NCBI GenBank assembly: GCA_030390025.1
Contig: CM059432.1
Coordinates: forward strand, 151,902,001-151,966,000
Length of the DNA stretch: 64,000 nucleotides
Direction of reading: 5' to 3'
DNA from: Squalus acanthias
Taxonomy: Eukaryota
Part shown: one piece after another, positions 1 through 11,655 of the stretch
How positions within the stretch are numbered: the first letter of the stretch is position 1
How the letters are laid out: each line of letters begins with the position of its first letter
Program-made: the position numbers and the translations under genes
Notes under the pieces: model-generated
Seen by the model: only the letters and a program-made list of their open reading frames with translations
Told to the model about the DNA's origin: nothing
Database searches by the model: none

Positions 1-3000
1 GCAGGACTGGAACCGATGTCCTCGGGGTAATATTTGCTAAGGCAGTTCGGGAGGATTTAAACTAATATGGCAGGGGAATGGGAACCTTTGTAGCGAAACA
101 GGGGGAAGTAATATGCAGTCAGAAACAAATGTTAGAAGGGTGAGAAACAATAAGGGAAATCCGAGTAAACAAAGGCAAGAAACACAAAGGGCCATACTAA
201 ATCATAAGTCTAAAAGGACAAAGGGTGTTAATAAAACAAGCCTAAAGGCTCTGTGTCTTAATGCAAGGAGTATCCGTAATAAGGTGGATGAATTGACTGT
301 GCAAATTGATGTTAACGGATATGATGTGATTGGGATTACAGAGACGTGGCTCCAGAACAATCAAGGCTGGGAACTGAATATCCAGGGGTATTCAACATTC
401 AGGAAGGATAGAATAAAAGGAAAAGGGGGTGGGATAGCATTGCTGGTTAAAAAGGAGATTAATGCAATAGCTAGGAAGGACATTAGCTTGGAGGATGTGG
501 AATCAATATGGGTTGAGCTGCAGAACACCAAAGGGCAGAAAACGTTAGTGGGGGTTGTGTACAGACCTCCAAACAGTAGTAGTGAGGTGGGGGAGGGTAT
601 GAAACAGGAAATCAGAGGTGCGTGCAAAAAAGGCACGGCAGTTATCATGGGTGACTTTAATATGCATATAGATTGGGCTACTCAAACTGGAAGCAATACG
701 GTGGAGGAGGATTTCCTGGAGTGTTTAAGGGATGGTTTCCTAAACCAATATGTTGAAGAACCAACTAGAGGGGAGGCCATCCTGGACTGGGTGTTGTATA
801 ATGAGGAAGGACTAATCAGCAATCTTGTGGTGCGAGGCCCCTTGGGGAAGAGTGACCATAGTATGGTGGAGTTCTACATTAGGATGGAGAAGGAAACAGT
901 TAATTCAGAGACCATGGTCCAGAACTTAAATAAGGGCAACTTTGAGGGTATGAGGCGTGAATTGGCGAGGTTAGATTGGCAAGCGATATTTAAGGGGTTA
1001 TCAGTGGAAGGGCAATGGCAGACATTTAGAGATCGCATGGATGAACTACAGCAATTGTACATCCCTGTCTGGCGTAAAAATAAAAAAGGGAAGGTGGCTC
1101 AACCATGGCTAACAAGGGAAATCAGGGATAGTATTAAAAGCAAGGAAGTGGCATACAAATTGGCCAGAAGTAGCAGCAAACCCGGGGACTGGGAGAACTT
1201 TAAAACTCAGCAGAGGAGGACGAAGGGTTTGATTAGGGCAGGGAAAATAAAATATGAAAGGAAGCTTGCGGAGAACATTAAAACGGACTGCAAAAGCTTC
1301 TATAAATATGTAAAAAGAAAGAGGTTAGTAAAAACAAACGTAGGTCCCCTGCAGTCAGAAACAGGGGAAGTCATAATGGGGAACAAAGAAATGGCAGATC
1401 AATTGAACAAGTACTTTGGTTCGGTGTTTACTGTGGAGGACACAAACAACCTTCCGGAAATAAAAGAGATCAAAGGATCTGGTAAGAGGGAGGAGCTGAG
1501 GGAAATCCTTATCAGTCGGGAAAAGGTGTTGGGGAAATTGATGGGACTGAAGGCTGATAAATCCCCAGGGCCTGATGGTCTGCATCCCAGAGTACTTAAG
1601 GAGGTGGCCTTGGAAATAGTGGATGCATTGACGATCATTTTCCAACATTCCTTAGACTCTGGATCAGTTCCGAAGGAGTGGAGGGTGGCTAATGTAACCC
1701 CTCTTTTTAAAAAAGGAGGGAGGGAGAAAGCAGGGAATTATAGACCGGTCAGCCTGACATCGGTGGTGGGTAAAATGATGGAATCAATTATTAAAGATGT
1801 CATAACAGACCATTTGGAAAGTGGCGACATGATAGGTCCAAGTCAGCATGGATTTGTGATAGGGAAATCATGCTTGACAAATCTTCTGGAATTTTTTGAG
1901 GATGTTTCCAATAGGGTGGACAGGGGGGAACCAGTAGATGTGGTGTATTTGGACTTTCAGAAGGCCTTCGACAAGGTCCCACACAAGAGATTGGTGTGCA
2001 AAGTTAAAGCACATGGGATTGGGGGTATGTGTTGACGTGGATTGAGAACTGGTTGGCACACAGGAAACAAAGAGTAGGAGTAAATGGGTACTTTTTAGAA
2101 TGGCAGGCAGTGACCAGCGGGGTACCGCAGGGTTCGGTGCTGGGGCCCCAGCTGTTTACATTATATATTAATGATTTGGACGAAGGGATTAATTGTAATA
2201 TATTCAAATTTGCGGATGACACTAAATTGGGAGGCAGTGTGAACAATGAGGAGGATGCTAGGAGGCTACAGAGTGACTTGGACAGGTTGGGTGAATGGGC
2301 AAATGTATGGCAGATGAAGTACAATGTGGATAAATGTGAGGTTATCCACTTTGGTGGTAAAAATAGGGAGGCAGACTATTACCTGAATGGTGGCAGATTA
2401 GGGAAAGGGGAGGTGCAACGAGACCTGGGCGTCATGGTACATCAGTCACTGAAGGTGGGAAGGCAAGTGCAGCAGGCAGTCAAGAAAGCAAATGGCATGA
2501 TGGCCTTCATAGCAAGGGGATTTGAGTACAGGAGTAGGGAGGTGATGCTACAGTTGTACAGGGCCTTGGTGAGGCCACACCTGGAGTATTGTGTGCAGTT
2601 TTGGTCTCCTAACTTGAGGAAGGACATTCTTGCTATTGAGGGAGTGCAACGAAGGTTCACTAGATTGATTCCTGGGATGGCCAGACTGACATATCAAGAA
2701 AGACTGGATCAACTGAACTTGTATCCTCTGGAGTTCAGAAGAATGAGGGGGGATCTTATAGAGACGTTTAAAATCCTGACTGGTTTAGACAAATTAGATG
2801 CGGGCAGAATGTTTCCAATGTTAGGGGAAACTAAAACCAGGGGTCACAGTCTAAGGATAAAGGGGAAGCCATTTAAGTCTGAGATGAGGAGGAACTTCTT
2901 CACCCAGAGAGTGGTGAATCTGTGGAATTCTCTACCACAGAAGGTTGTTGAGGCCAGTTCGCTAAATATATTCAAAAGGGAGTTAGATATAATACTCACA

Positions 3001-3146
3001 ACTAGGGGGATCAAGGGGTATGGCGAGAAAGCAGGAATGGGGTACTGAGGTAGCATGTTCAGCCATGAACGCATTGAATGGCGGTGCAGGCTCGAAGGAC
3101 CGAATGGTCTACTCCTGCACCTATTTTCTATGTTTCTATGTTTCTA
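1..3146 (+). mobile_element. CR1-type LINE, near full length (5' part outside window)
   Basis: End of ORF1 at 1-65, ORF2 at 113-3048, a CR1 3' UTR (…GGCTCGAAGGACCGAATGGTCTACTCCTGC…) and a (TTTCTATG)n tail ending near 3146. Confidence 0.95.
113..3048 (+). pseudogene. CR1 ORF2 (APE endonuclease + reverse transcriptase) split by one frameshift near 2030
   Basis: The 640-aa ORF has endonuclease motifs (LNARS, ITETW, VYRPP, GDFN, SDH) and RT motifs ([28 protein letters not shown]). The 339-aa ORF continues in another frame with [10 protein letters not shown] and FADD. Confidence 0.93.
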
Positions 3147-4195
3147 TTTCTGTACTCACTAGCACGTGGCACCGGGAGTAATCCGGAGATTGCTACCTTT
3201 GAGGTCCTGCTTTTTAATCTCTTTTTTAGCTCCCTAAACTCTGCCTGCAGGACCTCATCCCTCTTTCTACCTATGTCATTGGTACCGATATGGACCACGA
3301 CCTCTAGCTGTTCACCCTCTCCCCCCAGAATGCCCTGCAGCCGCTCGGTGACATCCTTGACCCTGGCACCATGGAGGCAACATACCATCCTGGAGTCACG
3401 TCTGCGGCTGCAGAAACGCCTGTCTGCTCCCCTAACTATTGAATCCCCTACCACTATTGTTCTTCCACTCTTTTTCCTCCCCCCCTGTGCAGCTGAGCCA
3501 CCCGTGGTGCCATGGACTTGGCTCTGGCTGCACTCCCCAGAGGAACCACTGCCCCCACCAGTACTCAGAACAGAATACTGGTTGGAGAGCGAGATGCACT
3601 TTGGGGACTCCTGCACTACCTGCCTGGTTGTCCTCTTCTGTCTGGTGGTCACCCATTCTCTCTCTGCCTGCACACCCTTAAGCTGCGGGGTGGCCACCTC
3701 CAGAAACGTGCTATCCATGAAGTTCTCAGCCTCGCGGATGCACCGCAGTGACTCCAGCTGCTGCTCAGGCTCCAAAACACGGATCTCAAGTTGCCTTAGC
3801 TGGTGACACTTCCTGCACATGTGGTCGTCCAGGACTTCCCACATGGCACTGGATGTGCACTCCACGGAACTGAGCTGCCCTGCCATGCTTCTATTTAATA
3901 GACTAAGAACTAACTGAGCAGAACTAAACGTACAAACTTTAAAAAAATCACTCACCAATCAGCTCCTTCCCTTGTGCTGACGTCACTTTTTCTACTCTGA
4001 CGTCACTCTTTCGAATTCTGCCTCTGTTGAGTTGTTGCCTCTCTCGCTCTGGTCTCGCCCAGGTCCGCTGCCTCCTCTGGTCAGGGCCTGCACTCCGCGC
4101 TCCTTTTATCGCCGCTGCCTCTGTCGCTCTGCTCCCGTGCTGGTCACGCCCAGGTCCGCTGCCTCCCCCTGGCTTTATAGAGCTCCCCTAACTGA
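3147..4195 (-). mobile_element. 5' part of a second CR1 LINE (5' UTR + ORF1 with zinc-finger remnant, leucine zipper and SGNH/GDSL esterase), truncated at the + strand CR1
   Basis: ORF 3128-3958(-) contains CRKC, a heptad region, VVGDSIVR and VVHIGTND. It ends at the tail of the + strand element. Confidence 0.88.
3978..4005. promoter_or_regulatory. Two palindromic CRE sites (TGACGTCA) in the CR1 5' UTR
   Basis: TGACGTCA at 3978-3985 and 3998-4005, just upstream of ORF1 on the minus strand. Function is inferred only. Confidence 0.4.
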
Positions 4196-4427
4196 AAACT
4201 GTATTCTTAAGTGAAGTGATTTTCAAACTTTTCTGTTTGGGGGACCCAGTGTAAATATTGACACATTCCCAAGGATTCCCTCCAAATATTGACGCACTCC
4301 CCAATATCTTTTGTCCTAACTTTTGAAAGACACTCAGCTACCCAAGGGAAAATTGGGAAATCATTACAGAAAAAGTTTTCTGTTAGTATAGAGCAATATA
4401 CATAACATGTTGGTCAGTCACCAAACA

Positions 4428-4750
4428 GCAACAACAACTTGCATTTATCTAGCGCCTTTAACATAGTAAAACGTCCTAAGGTGTTTCACAGAAGCATTAT
4501 CAAACAGAATTTGACACCGAGCCACATGAGATATTAGGACATGTGATCAAAAGCTTGGTCAAAGAGGTAGGTTTTAAGGAGCATATAAAAGGAGGAGAGA
4601 GTGGTAGAGAGATTTAGGGAGGGAATTCCAGAGCTTAGGGCCTAGGCAGCTGAAGGCATGGCCACCAATGGTGGAGCGATCAAAATCGGGGATGCGCAAG
4701 AGGCCAGAATTGGAGGAGCGCAAAGATCTCGGTGGGCTGTAGTGCTGGGA
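4428..4750 (-). mobile_element. L2-type LINE 3' end fragment
   Basis: Minus strand reads RSLRSSNSGLL…GGHAFSCLGPKLWNSLP, followed by the …GCGCTAGATAAATGCAAGTTGTTG tail. Confidence 0.8.
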
Positions 4751-5332
4751 AAAATATAGAATGCAGTATTCTCCCAACATGATGCTTCCATGCATGGAAT
4801 ACCTGGTTGATGGACAGAAATCTGATGACCTTTTGGACCTTGTGGAATTCCCTGTTGAGCCCCGAGAATCCAGGCACCCCAGTTTGAAAGTCTCTATTTT
4901 ATAGAGAAAATTGGAGTTTTACAAGAAGCAACAATAAGGTTAACAATGAATGTTTGACTCCTAATTTCACGAGCCTCCTAGTAATTTTCATCATTGACCT
5001 GAAGTATGGTATGTGGTGGATAACATCTTTGATAATAATGAGAAGACTACAAAAGGATGGGTTTAGATTATAATTTTGAGCAACTACATTTCTACACGTT
5101 CTCTACAAATTCAAGTTTACTGGAACTAATTGATGTTTCACAATGGGGTGTGTGTGAGCTTTATCATTTTCATATGTCTGTATATTCGACTCTTTGAATC
5201 CCCACATTTTTTTCTGCTTCTGTTGGTTGTGCTTTCATTGTCTTGCATCATAACAGTGGCTGAAATAATAAACACTACTAACAAAACATAGTCTGACTGT
5301 TCTCAATTTTTCTTTCCAAAAATTGCTACCAG

Positions 5333-5356
5333 CTCCTAGGAGACATACGGAGTAAG
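5333..5356 (+). CDS. CLASP2: CLASP2 24-nt microexon (LLGDIRSK)
   Basis: accAG|CTC CTA GGA GAC ATA CGG AGT AAG|GTagag. Phase 0/0, and it matches the LLGDIRTK segment that precedes KKPARRRY in vertebrate CLASP2. Confidence 0.92.
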
Positions 5357-6872
5357 GTAGAGATATTCTTCTTTCCAAGACTATTTTTCAATGAAGAATT
5401 ATATGTTGTGCTGTAAGCACCAAGCTGCATTTTCAAGAATTGAATTCAACAGCATGACTTAATATCTCACTGAATATATGTACTGTACTTGAGATAAGAT
5501 AATTAGTTCCAAGCTGGATTTCAGACCGTTAACTTAAATGTAACCATGAATCATATCAGAATCCTTTCATGATAAAATGGTCAAAAAACCCAAAATGAAA
5601 GAGGTATTGTTCACGTATATGTAGCGCATCACCACTGTTGATGTGAGCTGAAGCTGGGAAGGAGCCTAGGGAGGATGTTTTATATTTTCTCAATGATACT
5701 GCTAACTTGTCGTTCTCAGCCATGCAGGTGTTGGAATCAATCCTGTACTCCACCAATGAGCTACAGTATATTGTTGTGCTGCTGAAAAGAGCCCAGACCT
5801 TCCTGGTCTGTCAGGCTCAGTTGCCCAAGGCAGCTCTTTTCTTACACTTACAATCTGAACACAGATTACATTTATTAAATGTGTAGTTTCCTTCTGTAAT
5901 GCTGTAAGTTGGTCGATCTTTTCAAATCATTATGCCTGCAGAATGACATTCTGCATCATTCTGTCGAGGAAGTAACTAACATTTTTCCACTAATAAAGTA
6001 GAATCATTTGGAAACGCATCTATTTTGCATCATGTGGGTCAGGTGAAAGTGTCACACTTGCGTCTTATTGGCTCATATTGATATAACAACAATAAATTAG
6101 AATTGGACAGATGGGAACTTAACAGTGAACCAAGAGCATCTTCCTGCTGCTTTCTTCTGAAGTAGAGCATGAGATTTATAAGGAGCAGTTAATCTGCAAG
6201 GTTCTTTTAGCAGTGCCAGTTAACCTTTAATTGATCTCGGGATGTATCTATTTATAGCAATTAGACTTGGTGACCTTAAAGAGGAAAGCTAGTTAAACGC
6301 AGCTCGACTTCAGTCACAGAATAATACAATGTGTGTTATACGGTATGACATTCCTGTTCTTGTAAAACAGTATCTCATCCAAAATTGCCACAGAAGATAA
6401 CGATTGTTGCAGGATTGATTAAATTTGTGAAACATAGTGGTATAAAATTCCATTTTATAGAAAATACTGTTTTAGAAAAATCTTGTTCTAAATTTTAAAA
6501 ATATTTTAATGTTCTACAAAGTCAAACAATTGTCTAATTTCTGAAAGAACAATATGTGCTTTTTAAGCTCATGGGACAGTGGCGGATAAGTGTAGTATTA
6601 AAGGCTTACCCATCATTTAGGAGTTATATCATTTGATAAAATTAGACCAATTTGCAGGCATCTATTTTGCTGATTACTCAAATGAATTCAGTGTCACCTG
6701 AGGGTAAACTAAACAGAGACGACAAGGAACTAAATTATGATTATTGCTTTTAACTTTCTCTCTTACTGTGAAAGAAAGACTGAAATTAATTTTCAATCAT
6801 TTATTTTTTTTTGTAGAAAAGCGAATATTAAAAAAAAAGTAAAGGTGTATAATACGTCCTGTTACATTACAG

Positions 6873-7117
6873 AAAAAGCCAGCAAGGAGAAGGTATGAAT
6901 CGTATGGAATATATTCAGATGATGATGCCAACAGTGATGCATCCAGCGTCTGCTCTGAGCGTTCCTACAGTTCTCGAAACGGCAGCATCCCGACATATAT
7001 GCGACAGACTGAAGATGTAGCTGAGGTCCTTAACCGCTGTGCAAGCACCAATTTTTCAGAAAGGAAAGAGGGCCTGCTGGGCTTACAGAATTTACTGAAA
7101 AACCAACGGACATTAAG
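6873..7117 (+). CDS. CLASP2: CLASP2 coding exon (end of S/R-rich linker, start of TOG3)
   Basis: 245 nt, AG/GT flanked. Encodes KKPARRRYESYGIYSDDDANSDASSVCSERSYSSRNGSIPTYMRQTEDVAEVLNRCASTNFSERKEGLLGLQNLLKNQRTL(S). IPTYMRQ, LNRCAS and KNQRTL fit CLASP2 rather than CLASP1. Confidence 0.97.
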
Positions 7118-7199
7118 GTAGGGTGATTAATAAGTCTATATTGTGTTTTCAAGTTGTGTAGTATTGTTAGCTAATCTATAATTATTCTCTTCTCAACAG

Positions 7200-7263
7200 T
7201 CGTGTTGAATTGAAAAGATTGTGTGAAATCTTCACTAGGATGTTTGCGGATCCTCATAGCAAG
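7200..7263 (+). CDS. CLASP2: CLASP2 coding exon
   Basis: 64 nt, after an 82-nt intron. Encodes (S)RVELKRLCEIFTRMFADPHSK, with phase consistent with the previous exon. Confidence 0.97.
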
Positions 7264-8477
7264 GTATGCTAGGGTATTTTTGCTTAAAACGTTTTAATAT
7301 TTAACTCATCAATATCAGTGGAATACTTGGAATTTCAAACTGTTGTAGTCTTTGCCAATTCTATTATTTTTTAAGGAGAGTTGCAACTTTTCAAATGTGA
7401 TTTAAAAAAAAAATCAACTGCCAATTATTACTTCATATGCTTGAAGTGATTTTTATGGCAGCCGTTTACCCCTCCATTGAGGATGTTGTCATTCATCAAC
7501 TACATTGAGTGTCTTGGCCATTAATGTTAGCCATCATTCCACCCTCCACTGCCCACGCCCCACCCATCCCCAGAGATATTCCAGCCAAGAGGCTCAATTC
7601 CCACAATTAGAGAGTGTTTTCTTAATGCTAGCAATTTGTATAAAAATTTAAACATAGTTCTCCATGTTTAAATTTCTCACATCAAGCATAAAAATTACTT
7701 CTGAAATCACGGGACTTGAGTACTGAACATCGCAGAATGCAACTCCCCTCCCACCAACCTCTCCGAGCAAGTTTTATTTAAAGGTGATTTTTAAGGATCA
7801 CAAAGTTCAACAGTTGCTGGAATGCACAATTTTCATATTCATCAACATCAAGGGTGAAGTATAATTACAAAGTAATATCTATTTTCACAACTTCTGATAA
7901 TTTAACATTTAATACTATAATCATCTGAATTGTCTGAACCTTTTGATGTAATTAATTTGGGATGCCCATCTTTTTCTGACATGCACTTATCCTAGTTTAA
8001 TTGATTTTCCTAGTTTAAACCAACTACGGATTCAGAGTAGTAAATTCCATTTAACAAAATAAATGGTATTCTTCATGTTTCTATAGTATAGATGTTTAAG
8101 GAAGGGAAATTAATTAAACTTATAAATCTTATTGACCTCTAAAAGTGCTATGCACAGCAACCAATGTATCCATCTGAATTGACAAATAAAATCAACAGAT
8201 ATATTTTTTTAACCAGCGATTACTTTACACCAAGATGACACTCCAATATAGGCCAATATAGTAATAGGTCAAATATTCTATTCCCCTCTAGAACTATCAT
8301 TGCAGCATTCCAGTACCCTCCATATATTGCAGGAACAACCCAAATTGACAAGGAAAATGACAAACTGGGCAGTCCCTTTAAGAAGTTTGAATACACTGAC
8401 CTTGGGAAATTGCCCCCATAATCTTTCCTCTCTCTGCTCTGTGGAGGCTCTTTCTCTGAGTTGCTGTGTTGCTTCTT

Positions 8478-8905
8478 GGGTGTCAGCCGTGGCTCCGCAG
8501 TAGCACTCTCACCTCTGAGTCAGACGGTTGTGGGTTGAAGTCTCACTCCAGAGACTTGAGCACATAATCCAGGCTGACACTCCGGTGCAGTACTGAGGGA
8601 GCGCTGTACTGTCGGAGGTGCCATCTTTCGGATGAGACATTGAACCGAGGTTCCATCTGCCCTCTCAGCTGGATGTAAAAGATCCCATGGCAAGATTTTA
8701 AGAAGAGCAGGGTAGCTCTCCTGGCCAATATTTATTCCTCAACCTACATCACTAAAACAGATTGAGGTTGCTGTTAGTGGGACCTTACTGTGTGCAATTT
8801 GGCTGCCGCTTTTCCTACATTAAAGTACTTAATTAGCTGTAAGGCACTTTGGGACATCCTGAGGTTGCGAAAGGCTCTATATAAATGCAGTTTCTTTCTT
8901 TCATT
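8478..8905 (+). mobile_element. tRNA-derived DeuSINE (SacSINE1-like), near full length
   Basis: tRNA-like head (GTGGCTC…GGTTGAAGTCTC), central GGAGGTGCCATCTTTCGGATGAGAC…GTAAAAGATCCCATGGC core, L2-like tail ending TATATAAATGCAG. Confidence 0.8.
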
Positions 8906-10494
8906 TCTTTTCCTGTTGGCAGGTGGACACTAGCTGCTGCTGTGCTCAAGTACAGAAAGTCGCTCTTCTTCATTTGACTAAGTTGTTATTCATCTGTTTT
9001 ATTCTACATGGTGCCTCAGTCAAAAACAGGTGTAGCCAGATGCCCAAGACATTCAGGTTTCAATACCATACTATGCGTTTTCCCTGACCTCCACCTTTGT
9101 GATATTCATATCTTGGCTGTTTCTCAAATCAGTGTAAATATGACCTAGCAGTCTGTGAGTTGGGTCTGAGAATGTTCCCTCATTGAGGCGATGCTGACTC
9201 CAGCATTGGGAAGCCATCCTTCAGGAGAATATGTGCTGTAAAAGTGAGCTGAGGTGGACAGGTAGTTTGGTGGGGCAGCACTGCACCCTTCCAGTGGGGC
9301 TAATTTGTTGCTAATGTAAACATTATGCTCACATCATTGACTAAAAGTGCTGGCTGGATGAAGTAAGAAACACCCTGGACTGGCAATGTGGTTCTTGTTG
9401 GCTAAACCTCTTAGCACCAATCTGTGCCATTCCTTAAACATCTGTGGCACTAACCACTGTGGATACAGAAGAACAGATAGTGGTGCTGATGAGTTTTAGT
9501 CCATTCTTTCATAAACCAGTGCAGCTACTCTAGTCTTGCCTTAGTGAGAGCTTTCATCCTTTGCACCAAAGAAATGTTTGTTGCCTGATGACTTCCTGTG
9601 CCACGCGTTGGACAGGTTGGGCATGGTCAGATTAAACCCATTAATGTGTGACTTGAGGTGGTGCAGGAGCGAGGGTTTTAGATTCCTAGCACATTGGGAC
9701 CAGTTCTGGGACAGAGGGGAGCTGTTCAGGTGGCACGGACTTCACCTGAACTGGAGCGGTACTAATGCGCTTGTTGATAAGGTAAGGAAGTCGGGTGGAT
9801 TTAAACTAGTATAGCAGTGGGGAGGGAAAAGCAGAACAGACTGTAGTTTAAGAATAATTAGGGAAGAGGGAGTACGGGTATTACTGGATAACTTGAATTA
9901 TGCTGATATGGATGCAAGAAGTAAAAGGAATAAAATTGGTGAGCTAGAAGTGACTGTCCATCAGGAGGAAATAGATGTTGTAGGAGTGACTGAAACCTGG
10001 TTGAAATCAAATAATGATCAGGAATTAACTTGCAGATTTTTGTGTGTTTTAGGAAGGGCCAAGAAGTTAAGGCAGGAGATGGGATGGCATTATTTGTTAG
10101 AGAGGGACTAGTTACAATGGAGTTGGATACTGGTACTGAGTCTGTTTATATAGAATTGAAGGATAGTAAAAGGAAAAATTTAGGAATATACTGCAGGACA
10201 CCAGTAATCAAGAGAGGCTAATGCAGTTTTGTGGGAGACGATAAGACAAATGTGTGCCATGTCTTCCATAGTAATCCTGAGGATTTCAATCTTTTTCTAT
10301 ATTGACTGAGTGCACAATAAGGAAAGGAGTTTACTAAAATTATGAGGGACTTGTTTCTAAAACAGTATGCTACAAGGGGTAATGCAATATTGGATTTAGT
10401 TTTAACAAATGAGGAGGGAATAATAAGCCAGGTAGAAGTATGGGAACATTTGGGATCTAGTGGCCATAATGTTCTGACATTCAGGGTACATACA

Positions 10495-10710
10495 TTGTCC
10501 TGGCCAATATTTATCCCTCAACCAACATAACAAAAACAGATTATCTGGTCATTATCACATTGCTGTTTGTGGGACCTTGCTGTGCGCAAATTGGCTGCCG
10601 CATTTCCCACATTCCAACAGTGACTCCACTTCAAAAGTACTTCATTGGCTGTAAAGCGCTTTGAGACATCCGATGGTCGTGAAAGGCGCTATATAAATGC
10701 AAGTCTTTTT
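10495..10710 (+). mobile_element. DeuSINE 3' half nested in the old CR1
   Basis: Matches the 3' part of the SINE at 8478-8905 (CCTGGCCAATATTTAT…GCGCTATATAAATGCAAG). Confidence 0.75.
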
Positions 10711-10754
10711 TTTCTTTTTAGAAAACAAACGGATGGCAATTAAGAAGCTAGACT

Positions 10755-11655
10755 TTCATAGAATCATAGACATTTACAGCACAAAAAGAGGCCATCCGGC
10801 CCATCTTGTCCGCGCCGGCCGACAAAGAGCTCTCCACCCTAATCCCACTTTCCAGCACTTGGTCCGTAGCCTTGTAGGTTACGGCACTTCAAGTGCATAT
10901 CCAAGTACTTTTTAAATGTGATGAGGGTTTCTGCCCCTACCACCCTTTCAGGCAGTGAGTTGCAGACCCCCACCACCCTCTGGGTGAAAAAAATTCTCCT
11001 CAACTCTCCTCTAAACCTCCGACCAATTATTTAAAGCTATGCCCCCTGGTTATTGACCCCTGCTAAGGGAAATAGGTCCTTCCTATCCACTCTGTCTAGG
11101 CCCCTCATGATTTTATACACCTCAATAAGGTCTCCCCTCAGCCTCCTCTGTTCCAAAGAAAACAAATCCAGCCTATCCAATCTTTTCTCATAGCTAAAAT
11201 TCCCCAGCCCAGGCAACATCCTCGTAAATCTCCTCTGCACCCCCTCTATAGATAGATTTCTAGACGCAAAAGGTGTCAAGGGGTATGGGGAGAGAGTGGG
11301 AATATGGTATTGAGATAGAGGATCAGCCATGATCATATTGAATGGCGGAGCAGGCTCGAAAGGCGAATGGCCTACTCCTGCTCCTATTTTTCTATTTTTC
11401 TAGTGCAATCACATCCTTCCTGTAATGTGGTGACCAGAACTGCAGGCAGTATTCTAGCTGCGGCCTAACTAGTGTTTTATACAGATCAAGCGTAACCTCC
11501 CTGCTCTTATATTCTATGCCTCGGCTGATAAAGGCAAGTATTCCGTATGCCTTCTTAACCACCTTATCTACCTGTCCTGCTACCTTCAGGGATCTGTGGA
11601 CATGCACTCCAAGGTCCCTCTGATCTTCTGCACTTCTCAGTGTCCTACCATTTAA
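10755..11655 (-). mobile_element. CR1 3' fragment, itself interrupted by a short + strand CR1 3' end (~11248-11398)
   Basis: Minus-strand ORFs read LVRPQLEYC and QRRFTRMLPG. The host reading is broken by a + strand CR1 tail (GGCTCGAAAGGCGAATGGCCTACTCCTG). Confidence 0.85.

Noticed and set aside
3078..3806. 242-aa + strand ORF (also 63089-63808 and similar)
   Set aside because: Antisense shadows of CR1 ORF1/ORF2 with no independent coding evidence.
8478..8560. tRNA-like sequence
   Set aside because: It is the head of a SINE, not a tRNA gene. Likewise 25486-25503 is a PBS, not a tRNA.
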